From assembly GCA_963674735.2 (NCBI GenBank), contig CAXXQS010000001.1:2336001-2400000 (forward strand): 64,000 nucleotides of DNA, in the 5' to 3' direction. The DNA comes from Myxococcota bacterium. Its GTDB lineage: Bacteria; Myxococcota_A; SURF-8. Position 1 is the stretch's first letter, and every line of letters begins with the position of its first letter. The position numbers were made by a program, and so were the translations under genes. The notes under the pieces are model-generated. The model ran no database searches. It had not been told where the DNA came from and saw only the letters and a program-made list of their open reading frames with translations. Below are positions 39,797-48,862 of this stretch, in pieces.

Positions 39797-39894
39797 CCTA
39801 CTATTCATACCAAGCAACTCCAATAGAGCCGATCCTACGGCAGACTATTCCCCCTTGTCAATCTTTTTTATTGCTTAGCAGTATGAATACTAGG
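39797..39894 (-). promoter_or_regulatory. Sigma70 promoter of rrf2-cysK flanked by two inverted operator-like copies
   Basis: TTGACA(39861-39856)-18-TAGGAT(39837-39832). CCTACTATTCATAC (39797-39810) and GTATGAATACTAGG (39881-39894) are 13/14 reverse complements. Confidence 0.6.
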
Positions 39895-39937
39895 ATTTTG
39901 CCTGACGAACCAGTAAAGACTTCGCCTCAAAGCCGAT

Positions 39938-41056
39938 TTATGTGTAATATTCAGCAATAACATCTACAACATAGCGAGCTTCGGCATCGCTCAGTTCGGG
40001 GAATATCGGCAGAGCCAAGGTTTCGGCAGCCGCGCGTTCCGCCTCGGGAAAATCGCCTTTTTTACAGCCGAGATAGGCGAAACAGGCTTGTTCATGCAGC
40101 GATAGAGGGTAGTAGATTTCCGTCCCGATTCCCTTCTCCGCCAAGGTGCTTTTCAATTCATCGCGGTGTTTGACACGGATGACAAACTGGTTGTAGATGT
40201 GGCGGCCCGGGCCTTCCTCAGGCAGTCCGACATTCCCGTCAAGCTGCGCGGCGTGCGCGGCGAAAAGAGTCCGGTAACGATCGGCATTGGCTTTGCGAGC
40301 GGCATGCCAACGATCCAAATGCGGTAGTTTGACCCGCAGCACGGCGGCCTGCATGGGATCGAGGCGGAAATTACCGCCCACGATGGAATGATAGTATTTG
40401 GGTTTGGACCCATGCGCACGCAAACGGCGGCACCGTTCAGCCAGCTCGTCATCGTTGGTGGCGACCAACCCGCCATCGCCCATGGCCCCGAGATTCTTGG
40501 AAGGAAAGAAGCTGAAACAGCCAAGCGCCCCGGCGTTGCCTGCGCGATGACCCGCCCCATCTTCCGAGCCGATGGACTGCGCGGCATCTTCCACCACCGG
40601 AATACCGCGCGGCGCGCATACGGCTTGCAGAGCGTCCATCTCGACCATACGACCGAACAGGTGAACGGGAACCACCGCCTTGGTACGCGGTGTCAAGGCC
40701 TCCTCCAGGCGCGTCAGGTCGAGGTTGTAGGTCACCGGATCGATATCGACAAAAACCGGCGTCGCACCCAGGCGATGAATGGCTCCGGCGGTGGCGAAGA
40801 ACGTGAACGGCGTCGTCACCACCTCATCCCCCGCACCGACACCCAGCGCCATCAAGGCCACGATCAACGCATCGGATCCCGAACTGACACCGATGGCATG
40901 CCGCGTCCCGCAGTGCGGAGCGATTTCGTTTTCGAGCGCCTCCACTTCAGGCCCCAAAATATAGCGTCCGCTACGGGCCACGCGGATCAGCGCCGCTTCC
41001 AGTTCGTCTTGCAAGGGAACATATTGTCGGGAAAGATCGAGCAGTGGTACCTTCAT
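39938..41056 (-). CDS. DegT/DnrJ/EryC1/StrS aminotransferase (WbpE-like)
   Basis: [43 protein letters not shown]. Confidence 0.93.
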   Translation of the reverse strand: MKVPLLDLSRQYVPLQDELEAALIRVARSGRYILGPEVEALENEIAPHCGTRHAIGVSSGSDALIVALMALGVGAGDEVVTTPFTFFATAGAIHRLGATPVFVDIDPVTYNLDLTRLEEALTPRTKAVVPVHLFGRMVEMDALQAVCAPRGIPVVEDAAQSIGSEDGAGHRAGNAGALGCFSFFPSKNLGAMGDGGLVATNDDELAERCRRLRAHGSKPKYYHSIVGGNFRLDPMQAAVLRVKLPHLDRWHAARKANADRYRTLFAAHAAQLDGNVGLPEEGPGRHIYNQFVIRVKHRDELKSTLAEKGIGTEIYYPLSLHEQACFAYLGCKKGDFPEAERAAAETLALPIFPELSDAEARYVVDVIAEYYT

Positions 41057-41059
41057 GGC

Positions 41060-41635
41060 CTAGTCCTCCAAAAGGATCAGGTGGTTCACTTCTTCGCGAT
41101 AGCGGTCGCCGCAACGCGTGCAGCGAGCCTCGCCGTCGTAGAGATCCAACAGTTCGCCGCAGCGGCACACCCAGCCGATCTGGCGAGCGGGATTGCCGGT
41201 CATCACGGCAAAGTCGGGCACATCGCGCGTGACCACGGCTCCTGCTCCGATCATGGCGTAGCTGCCAACCGTACGCCCGCAGACGATCGTGGCGTTGGCG
41301 CCGATGGATACGCCTTTCCGGACGAGGGTTTTCACGTATTCGTCACGCCGCGACACGTGGGCGCGGGGGGTACGCACATTCGTGAACACCATTGAGGGTC
41401 CGCAGAACACGTCATCCGCGATCTCCACCCCGCCGTACACGCTGACGTTGTTTTGGATTTTAACACCGTTGCCGATCGTGCTGTTTCCGGCAACAAAAAC
41501 GTTTTGTCCCATAGACACGTTTTCGCCGATCTGTGCACCCGCACTGATATGGCAGAAATGCCACACCTTGCTGCCCGCACCGATCACGGCGCCCTCGTCC
41601 ACCACGGCGCTTGGATGTATAAAGACCGAATCCAT
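41060..41635 (-). CDS. Hexapeptide-repeat N-acetyltransferase (WbpD/WlbB-like)
   Basis: [44 protein letters not shown] with Zn-ribbon-like tail. Confidence 0.92.
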   Translation of the reverse strand: MDSVFIHPSAVVDEGAVIGAGSKVWHFCHISAGAQIGENVSMGQNVFVAGNSTIGNGVKIQNNVSVYGGVEIADDVFCGPSMVFTNVRTPRAHVSRRDEYVKTLVRKGVSIGANATIVCGRTVGSYAMIGAGAVVTRDVPDFAVMTGNPARQIGWVCRCGELLDLYDGEARCTRCGDRYREEVNHLILLED

Positions 41636-41650
41636 ATTGGCCTCCTTATT

Positions 41651-43780
41651 TCACTCGGTTTCCCGGGCCGGCTCGGGCATCGCCTCCGGTTTCGGAGCCG
41701 GGTTTTCCGCTGCCGCCCGTTCTTGACGCACGCGGTCGATAAAATCCTCCGCATTTTTGAGCACATCCGCGACATCGATCCTCACCTGTCGACGGCTGGT
41801 GTACGATTGCAGCACCAATCCGGGCGTGCGACACAACTCGATAATCGTCCGATATTCCGCAATGGCCTCCTCGTATCGCTTCTGCTCATTCAAGATCGCC
41901 GCGCGGAAGAAACGTGCTTCGATCAGATCCATGCCATCCGGGTGGCGATGTCGCAAGTACGTTTGCTCTAACGCCAACGCGTCGTCAACGGCGGCCAGAG
42001 CGGCCGCATAATCCCCCGAAAACGAAAGCCCTTTCGCCAGCACCAGCCGATAGTGAATCGAGGTGGGATAGCTGCTGGCGGCATTTCGCAGATGATCCAC
42101 AATGTGATCGTTACTCCCACCGGCGGCTTCCACATCAGCCAGACCCAGATGGTACTCCGGGTTGGTCGGGTTGGCGAGCGCGGCATTTCGAACCGCCTCC
42201 TGAGCACGTTTCAGGTCGGCCGGATCGCGATGGCTCTCAAAACGTCTGAGGTAATCGCGCGAAAGGCGGTACTGTACCGCCGGGTCCAGCGGCCAGTAGG
42301 CACGGGCCGACTCGGTGAGTTGCAGCGCTTTACCATACTGGGTGGATCCCGCGGCGGCATCGGCCAAGCGCAGATAGTTGTGACTCATCAAAGGTGGAAA
42401 TTGCACACCGAAAACGATCAGGACCACCGCCACGGCGACCAGACTGCGTTTGACCGGATCGCTGCTTGCAGAAGCCACCGACGCCGTTGAGACCGCGAAT
42501 CGCCAGAACAGACTCAACAGAAACCAGAACACCCCGACGATGGCCGGACTGCTAAAATCGAGATCGATCATGGCATGGGCCACCAGCAAGGCCAATGCAA
42601 TCATCCACAACCCGTGTGGCGTGCTCTCGCCTTCGGAACGTCCGCGATAAAACGCCAGTCCCGCACTCACCAGCGCCCAGACAAACAGCAACACGCCGAA
42701 AATACCCAACTCGGCATACAGTCTCAGCAAGATATTGTGAGGATCGCGGGTGTAATTGGGTAAGCTCTGGTGGGGACGCGAAACATCGGCAAACGTGCCC
42801 AGCCCCGCTCCGAAAGGAAAATAGGCATGGCCCATGCGCCAGGCGGTTTCCCAATAACCGGCACGCGCCTGAATGGAGACTTCGGCCGGATCGAAGATGG
42901 AAGCCAAGCGCCCTCCGCTGTCGGTTTCGCTATCGGCCGCATTGGTCGCTTCAAGAGTCGTATCCGCAGCCTGATTCCACAACATATAGCAGGCAATCAG
43001 AGCCACGAGTCCCGCAGCGATCAAAACGCGCCGCGCCGTTTTGGGAAGATACAAAGCCGCAACCGCCACCATCCCGACCAACAACAACACCCAAGCCCCA
43101 CGCGAATAGGAGATATACACCCCCACGATACATGCATGCAGCAGGATCAACACCCCCACCCGTCCCGGCCAATTGCGAACGCGGCCGAGCAACCATACGG
43201 AGAGTGGGAAAAACGGCAGCATGAAACCGCCGAAGGCGTTCGCACCAGGGAAAAGCGAGAAGGGACGTTGAAGACGACGCACCTCGTCCAGCAGTTTGAG
43301 ATCCGCCTGCGACATCCCACGGATGTTCTGCATCGCGTCGAAGCCCCATACCTGCTGATAAACTCCGTAAAACCCGCAGACGGCGGCCGCTACGCACAAG
43401 GCGGAAACCAGGACGACCGTCTCGCGTCGCGTCGGTTGCAGCTGTAAAACCGTCAGAGGAAGAAGCAGGACGGCCAGCCAAACGACACTCGTTCGAATGG
43501 CGGAATCGAGAACGGCCGCCAGGGGCCAGCTGATCAACAGGTACAGAATAAACAGCCACAAAGGCCATAAAAGACGCGCCTTGAGTAGCGGTTTGATATC
43601 GACGGAGTTGGCGAGAGTCGTCCAGGCCCAGAGCAACGCCATGCCGATCGTCCAAACGAAAATCCCCGTTTGGGCATCGACTCCCCAAGGAAAATTGCCA
43701 CCGGCCAAGACCGGCATGAGAAACAGCAGCAGGGCCAAAGCCCAGATTGTTTTACGTATCGGTTCCGACTGCACGACCAC
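41651..43780 (-). CDS. O-antigen ligase (Wzy_C) family membrane protein with C-terminal TPR repeats
   Basis: Many TMs; RPFSLF..ANAFG, SYSRGAW, R..YW, GAGLGTF, DPHN..L..AELG; helical TPR tail. Confidence 0.85.
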   Translation of the reverse strand: MVVQSEPIRKTIWALALLLFLMPVLAGGNFPWGVDAQTGIFVWTIGMALLWAWTTLANSVDIKPLLKARLLWPLWLFILYLLISWPLAAVLDSAIRTSVVWLAVLLLPLTVLQLQPTRRETVVLVSALCVAAAVCGFYGVYQQVWGFDAMQNIRGMSQADLKLLDEVRRLQRPFSLFPGANAFGGFMLPFFPLSVWLLGRVRNWPGRVGVLILLHACIVGVYISYSRGAWVLLLVGMVAVAALYLPKTARRVLIAAGLVALIACYMLWNQAADTTLEATNAADSETDSGGRLASIFDPAEVSIQARAGYWETAWRMGHAYFPFGAGLGTFADVSRPHQSLPNYTRDPHNILLRLYAELGIFGVLLFVWALVSAGLAFYRGRSEGESTPHGLWMIALALLVAHAMIDLDFSSPAIVGVFWFLLSLFWRFAVSTASVASASSDPVKRSLVAVAVVLIVFGVQFPPLMSHNYLRLADAAAGSTQYGKALQLTESARAYWPLDPAVQYRLSRDYLRRFESHRDPADLKRAQEAVRNAALANPTNPEYHLGLADVEAAGGSNDHIVDHLRNAASSYPTSIHYRLVLAKGLSFSGDYAAALAAVDDALALEQTYLRHRHPDGMDLIEARFFRAAILNEQKRYEEAIAEYRTIIELCRTPGLVLQSYTSRRQVRIDVADVLKNAEDFIDRVRQERAAAENPAPKPEAMPEPARETE

Positions 43781-43816
43781 GCCTCCTCTTTCTTCCCCGC
43801 GTAAAACGACGCGCCG

Positions 43817-43860
43817 AGCGGGTTCGACGGAATCCTACCGGATTGCCGGGTACGGGTCAA
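43817..43860 (-). promoter_or_regulatory. Sigma70-like promoter upstream of the ligase-wbpD-wbpE operon
   Basis: TTGACC-17-TAGGAT on the minus strand (43860-43832). Confidence 0.5.
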
Positions 43861-43973
43861 TGAATGCTTTAGCGAAAACAACCGCTTTCACGGATACATA
43901 GTCTTGAGCCGAAGCAAGGAAACAGACCCCGGCTCCCGATTGGACGGTCGGAATTTCAGCCTCGCCTCTGTTG

Positions 43974-44237
43974 TCACGCAAAACCCCAACGGCCGTATTG
44001 CGGACCTTCAAGCTCCCAAACGGCGGGGCTGCGTTCGTCGAACCAGGTTTTGAAAGCCAGATCGGGCCGCGCCGTATCGAGCGGAAAACGTAAGTAATAA
44101 CGGGCCATACCGTGCCGGTCGCTTTTACGGGTGTAACGAAGGGTTGGACGGATTTGGCGAGCCTCATCCAACAGACGTTCGGCCGCCTCGGCTTCGTCGG
44201 CGGGAAGCGTCAGGTTGAAGACGTATTCTTCCTGCAT
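43974..44237 (-). CDS. Small hypothetical protein (87 aa)
   Basis: RBS AAGGAG before ATG 44237; protein-like composition. Confidence 0.6.
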   Translation of the reverse strand: MQEEYVFNLTLPADEAEAAERLLDEARQIRPTLRYTRKSDRHGMARYYLRFPLDTARPDLAFKTWFDERSPAVWELEGPQYGRWGFA

Positions 44238-44502
44238 GGCACGGCTCCTTGACTGGAAGGTTCCGGTACAGACGGTTTTCGCATGTACCCAGTATAACAT
44301 AGGTCGCATCCCGGTGAGCACAAATAGCAGACAGGATCGGCTTTCACTTGACGCAGGGGTAATTTGGGCTGATTGTTACCTGAATTTTCTTTTTTCCTTG
44401 AATATTTAGGTCTTGGGATGATCAAATAGACGCTGAAATCATTCTCTACATCAACGCCGGATGAAAAAATATGGAAAACCGGCTTTTCGGGAGGGACTAA
44501 TC

Positions 44503-47500
44503 ATGACGCGACTCCAACCACGCACCCCCATCTTCTGGTGTTTTTTAATCATCTTGACGCTGTTTATTGTAGCCTGCAGCGGATCGTCGGATAGCGTCGA
44601 TCGGGACGATGACGACAATGAAGACGGCGACGAGAACACCGACGGCGATTTTCCCGCCGATGGCGACATCCCCGGCGATGGCGATGCGGATGGTGATGCG
44701 GATGGCGACGGCGATAACGACAATCCTGCCGATGGTGACACGCCCGACTGCCAGGCCGACGAAACGCGGACCCTCGACAACGCCTGCGGTCTCAATACGC
44801 GCGGGAGCCAAGACCAGATCTGCGAGGACGGCATCTGGGTCGACGACGGAGAATGCGACGACCCGGACGACTGTGTCGACGACGCCACCGAAGCCGGGAC
44901 GACGCCCTGCGGCGCTCTCAAAACCGGCTTCATCTCCCTGCTGTGCGTCCTGGGTCATTGGGAGGAGGATGCCTGCGACGATCCGACGGAATTCTCTCTC
45001 GTCAAAGATATCAACACGGGAGACATCATAGTCGAGCAAAACCCGCAGAACTTCACGGCCGTCGGATCGACTGTTTTCTTCTCCGCCAGCGATCAATGGA
45101 GTGGATCGGAGCTGTGGAAAACGGATGGAACCGATGCGGGAACCCAAATGGTACGCGACATCAACGCCGGACCGGAGTCCTCCTACCCGGCCTATTTTTT
45201 CGCCTTCAACAACCTCCTCCTTTTTATCGCCACCGACAATACCCACGGTAACGAATTATGGGTTTCCGATGGAACCGCCGACGGAACGATCCGTCTCACC
45301 GATATCAGTCCCGGCCTTTACGGTACCACGATTCGTTTCGACGAAACCACCCTCGTCGGCGACTACTTGTATTTCCTGGTTCAAAAGGTGGAGCCGGTGC
45401 CTAGCAAGATCGATGTCACATCGAGTATTTCCATATGGCGAACCGATGGCAGCCCGGACGGTACCGAAAAAGTTTTGGATATTCAAAGCACCCTTGACAA
45501 TCCAACCATTAACGATATCAAACGAATGAACAACACATTTTACATGCTGGTCAGTTCATTAAATGAAACGGAGATGTGGAAATCCGACGGGACTTCAGGG
45601 GGCACCACCATCGTAAAAACCGTTGGAAGATTGAATTCATACCAGAAATCCTTTGCGCTTGCAGGAGGCAAACTATTTTTCTCCGCCACGGATCCGACAG
45701 TCGGTCAGGAACTTTGGGTTTCCGACGGCACGACGGTAGGGACGAAAATCGCGCGGGATATCAGAGTCGGTAGCGCCTCATCCGGCCCACGCTATTTCAC
45801 CGTTTTCGGCGATTACCTTGTTTTCACTGCCTACGGATCATCCGGTACGGAATTGTATTTCAGCAACGGAACGGAAATCGGAACCTACCTGATCAAGGAT
45901 ATCAATCCGTCCGGCGATTCGACTCCAACCGACCTCGTGCGCGTGGGCGGCTATGTCTATTTCCGCGCTACCAATGGAACCAATGGCAGCGAGCTTTGGA
46001 AAACCAACGGCAATGAAGCCAACACCCAACAAGTTATGGACATCCGGCCCGGCTCCGCTTCCAGCAGCCCCGACTACACCACCAATGTTAACGGAACATT
46101 GTATTTTACAGCCTCGACCGAGGAACATGGCAATGAGCTTTGGAAGAGCGACGGAACATTGGGCGGTACGATACGGCTGACCGATATTATGACTGATTCT
46201 CTGAGCAGCAGTCCGGCCGGATTAGCCGACGTCAACGGCACTCTCTTTTTCTCCGCAATCACGGAGAGAGGCCGCCGCGCATTCTCCAGCGACGGCACTC
46301 CGGCGGGGACCTCGGAAATCGAGCCCGTTTTCGGCGATCTCATCAACGGCGAATCCGCCCCCATTATAGAAGCCGTATCCGGCGACAAGCTGTACTTCCA
46401 AGCGAATACACCCGAAACCGGCAGGGAATTGTGGGTCAGCGACGGCACCGAAGCCGGAACCCAGTTGACTCGCGACATTCGATCCGGAAGCGTCTACTCG
46501 GATGTACGGTATGTCACCCCCTTTGCCGGTGGAGTCATTTTTCAAGCTGTCACGGATGCAGAAGGCTTAGAACCTTGGTTCAGCGATGGCACCGAAGCCG
46601 GAACCGTTCTACTCGGCGATCTTAAGCCAGGATCCAACAGCAGCATGCCCCTCTATTTTTATGTCATGGGCGACCGCTGCTTCTTCAGCGCTGACGATGG
46701 GACACATGGGCGCGAGATGTGGGTGACGGACGGCACTCCCGCCGGAACCGAATTGTTCGGTGATTTGTACCCGGGAGCCAACGGGTCCGGACCTTCCGAT
46801 TTCCACGCCTTGGACGACAAGCTTTTCTTCTCCGCTTCCGCTTCCATCAACGGAAGCGAATTGTGGGCCAGTGCAGGAACACTCGCCACCACCGGGCTGT
46901 TTAAAGATATCCATCCAAGCGGCAGTTCATACCCCGGAACCAAAGTTGCCGTCGGCGAGACGTTGTATTTCAGCGCGAGCGGTGAAACGACCGGCAGTGA
47001 ACTATTTAAAACCGACGGCACTCCCGCCGGAACCGTTATCGTCAAGGACATCAATCCTGCAGGCGGGAGTGAAATCTCCAGTCTCACACCGTTTGGGGAT
47101 CTGTTGCTGTTTACGGCCAACGACGGCGAACACGGACTGGAGCCCTGGGTAAGTGACGGGACCGGCCTCGGCACGGTCATGCTGAAAGACATTTACACGG
47201 ATAACTTCAACTCTTCCCCCATGTTCTGGATGGAATACAATGGAGAGATGTATTTCTCCGCCATCAGCAATCAATACGGGCATGAATTGTGGAAGACCGA
47301 CGGCACCCCCGACGGCACCGTAAGGGTCACAGACATATGGCCCGGCGTGGCCAACGGCCGCGTCTATTCGGTGGCACCGTACAGTGGCTGGCTGATCTTC
47401 AGCGCCAATGCACCGGAAACCGGGCAGGAATTATGGGCCACCGACGGCACTCCAGACGGCCAATGGCTGGTGGCCGACATCGCCCCCGGTCCCGGCTCCT

Positions 47501-47598
47501 CCTCCCCGTGGTATCTGACTCCCTTCGACGGAGGTTTGTTCTTCTCCGCCAACGAGGGTATCCATGGAACGGAGCTATGGCGTTTGGATGCTCAATAG
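44503..47598 (+). CDS. ELWxxDGT-repeat lipoprotein with DGD linker and two Cys-rich repeats
   Basis: Lipobox FIVAC; about 17-18 ELWxxDGT-type units; two CG(L/A)...C..G.W...C.DP units. Confidence 0.9.
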   Translation: MTRLQPRTPIFWCFLIILTLFIVACSGSSDSVDRDDDDNEDGDENTDGDFPADGDIPGDGDADGDADGDGDNDNPADGDTPDCQADETRTLDNACGLNTRGSQDQICEDGIWVDDGECDDPDDCVDDATEAGTTPCGALKTGFISLLCVLGHWEEDACDDPTEFSLVKDINTGDIIVEQNPQNFTAVGSTVFFSASDQWSGSELWKTDGTDAGTQMVRDINAGPESSYPAYFFAFNNLLLFIATDNTHGNELWVSDGTADGTIRLTDISPGLYGTTIRFDETTLVGDYLYFLVQKVEPVPSKIDVTSSISIWRTDGSPDGTEKVLDIQSTLDNPTINDIKRMNNTFYMLVSSLNETEMWKSDGTSGGTTIVKTVGRLNSYQKSFALAGGKLFFSATDPTVGQELWVSDGTTVGTKIARDIRVGSASSGPRYFTVFGDYLVFTAYGSSGTELYFSNGTEIGTYLIKDINPSGDSTPTDLVRVGGYVYFRATNGTNGSELWKTNGNEANTQQVMDIRPGSASSSPDYTTNVNGTLYFTASTEEHGNELWKSDGTLGGTIRLTDIMTDSLSSSPAGLADVNGTLFFSAITERGRRAFSSDGTPAGTSEIEPVFGDLINGESAPIIEAVSGDKLYFQANTPETGRELWVSDGTEAGTQLTRDIRSGSVYSDVRYVTPFAGGVIFQAVTDAEGLEPWFSDGTEAGTVLLGDLKPGSNSSMPLYFYVMGDRCFFSADDGTHGREMWVTDGTPAGTELFGDLYPGANGSGPSDFHALDDKLFFSASASINGSELWASAGTLATTGLFKDIHPSGSSYPGTKVAVGETLYFSASGETTGSELFKTDGTPAGTVIVKDINPAGGSEISSLTPFGDLLLFTANDGEHGLEPWVSDGTGLGTVMLKDIYTDNFNSSPMFWMEYNGEMYFSAISNQYGHELWKTDGTPDGTVRVTDIWPGVANGRVYSVAPYSGWLIFSANAPETGQELWATDGTPDGQWLVADIAPGPGSSSPWYLTPFDGGLFFSANEGIHGTELWRLDAQ

Positions 47599-47634
47599 TA
47601 ACCCCTCAACATATAGTCATTTTTCATAAAACAA

Positions 47635-48681
47635 ATGGAGGTTGAATTGCGTTTTCATACTCTGCTAATCATGATACTTGGGCTCTTCTCTCTGCTGACC
47701 GCCTGCGGAGGCGGCGATGACAAGGTCTGCGATCCGGGCGAAACACAACGCTGTCATTGCCCTGACGGAGAGGACGGTTCGCAGGTTTGCTCGGATGACG
47801 GAACCAAGTGGAAAAGCTGCCAAGGTTGCGAAGACGACGACGATCAATCCACCGACGGCGACGACGATCAAACCACTGATGGCGACGACGATCAATCCAC
47901 CGACGGTGACGGCGATCAAACCACCGACGGCGACAACGATCCAACCACCGATGGCGACAACGATCCAACCACCGATGGCGACGACGATCAAGCCACCGAC
48001 GGCGATGACGATCAAGCCACCGATGGTGATGAAGAATCGGACACCGATGGCGATCTGGATGAAGACACCCAGGATGTCGCCGAGAGTGAAGCAGAGGCCG
48101 AGGTAGAAGAAGAAGAAGAACCGCTCCCAACCGGGCGTTGCTCAGCCTCGAACGTAATCTGCACCGCAAACGACGACTGCAGCCCGGCTCAGGTCACCTT
48201 GCAGGGTTTCTGTATCGTCAGAGATGATAATGCCGGCTATTCCTGCGGTTTCGAGTCGTATGACGGTACTGGTTCGACGGTCACCTGCGAAGGCCAGACG
48301 GTCGGCCACTGCGAAGACGATATCGATTGCATGCTGGGCACCACCTGCGGATATTACGGCAGCAACTGGTGCGAAGGCAACACCGCCGACGGCATCTGCC
48401 GCAACTACACCATTCCGGGTGCCGATCCCTGCACGAACGATAATTTGTGTCAGATCGAAGTGGATAACGTCTGCGTGATCTGTGGCAACGGTCAGGTCGA
48501 CAGCGCACAGGAAGAATGCGACGATAGTAACACGGACGACAACGACGGCTGTTCATCGACCTGCCGGTTCGAGGGAGAGTGCCGCGATAATAGCAACTAT
48601 CCAACCGACCACGAGTGTGCAACGGACAACGATTGTATCGATGGTTGCTACGATTCGCCCTGCACCTGCCATTTCGACTAA
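47635..48681 (+). CDS. Cys-rich lipoprotein with TDGDDDQ repeats and a myxobacterial Cys-rich (DUF4215-like) repeat
   Basis: Lipobox LLTAC; CDPGETQRC.C..G.Q.C; CGNG....EECDD.N....DGCSSTC. Confidence 0.82.
   Translation: MEVELRFHTLLIMILGLFSLLTACGGGDDKVCDPGETQRCHCPDGEDGSQVCSDDGTKWKSCQGCEDDDDQSTDGDDDQTTDGDDDQSTDGDGDQTTDGDNDPTTDGDNDPTTDGDDDQATDGDDDQATDGDEESDTDGDLDEDTQDVAESEAEAEVEEEEEPLPTGRCSASNVICTANDDCSPAQVTLQGFCIVRDDNAGYSCGFESYDGTGSTVTCEGQTVGHCEDDIDCMLGTTCGYYGSNWCEGNTADGICRNYTIPGADPCTNDNLCQIEVDNVCVICGNGQVDSAQEECDDSNTDDNDGCSSTCRFEGECRDNSNYPTDHECATDNDCIDGCYDSPCTCHFD
47851..48054 (+). repeat. In-frame 24-bp tandem repeat encoding TDGD(D/N/G)D(Q/P)x, about 8 units
   Basis: ACCGACGGCGACGACGATCAA-type units seen directly. 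Confidence 0.92.
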
Positions 48682-48701
48682 ACACATCCTATCTCCGACA
48701 T

Positions 48702-48738
48702 AAAACGCTCCGAGCCGCTCCGGTTTCGGAGCGTTTTT
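48702..48738. terminator. Intrinsic terminator
   Basis: AAAACGCTCCGAGCC...GGTTTCGGAGCGTTTTT. Confidence 0.8.
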
Positions 48739-48862
48739 CGTTTCGAATCGAAACACCGACCGCGATGGCTCGCCCGAAACCACGCACAATTTTCCGAGAA
48801 TCGCATCTAAGCTTGTGTTATCGTGCTTTTGATTTGTATGACTGTTGAAAGGATGTGGAAGC

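Noticed and set aside
43860-43972. Intergenic segment resembling an FMN riboswitch start (GGCGAGGCTGAAATTCCGACCG) or 6S RNA
   Set aside because: Remaining conserved FMN blocks are absent, no long 6S-like rod is evident, and the downstream genes are unrelated.
47851-48054. Tandem repeats as a possible CRISPR array (also 26648-26752)
   Set aside because: No unique spacers, period is a multiple of 3, they lie inside coding frames, and no cas genes are present.
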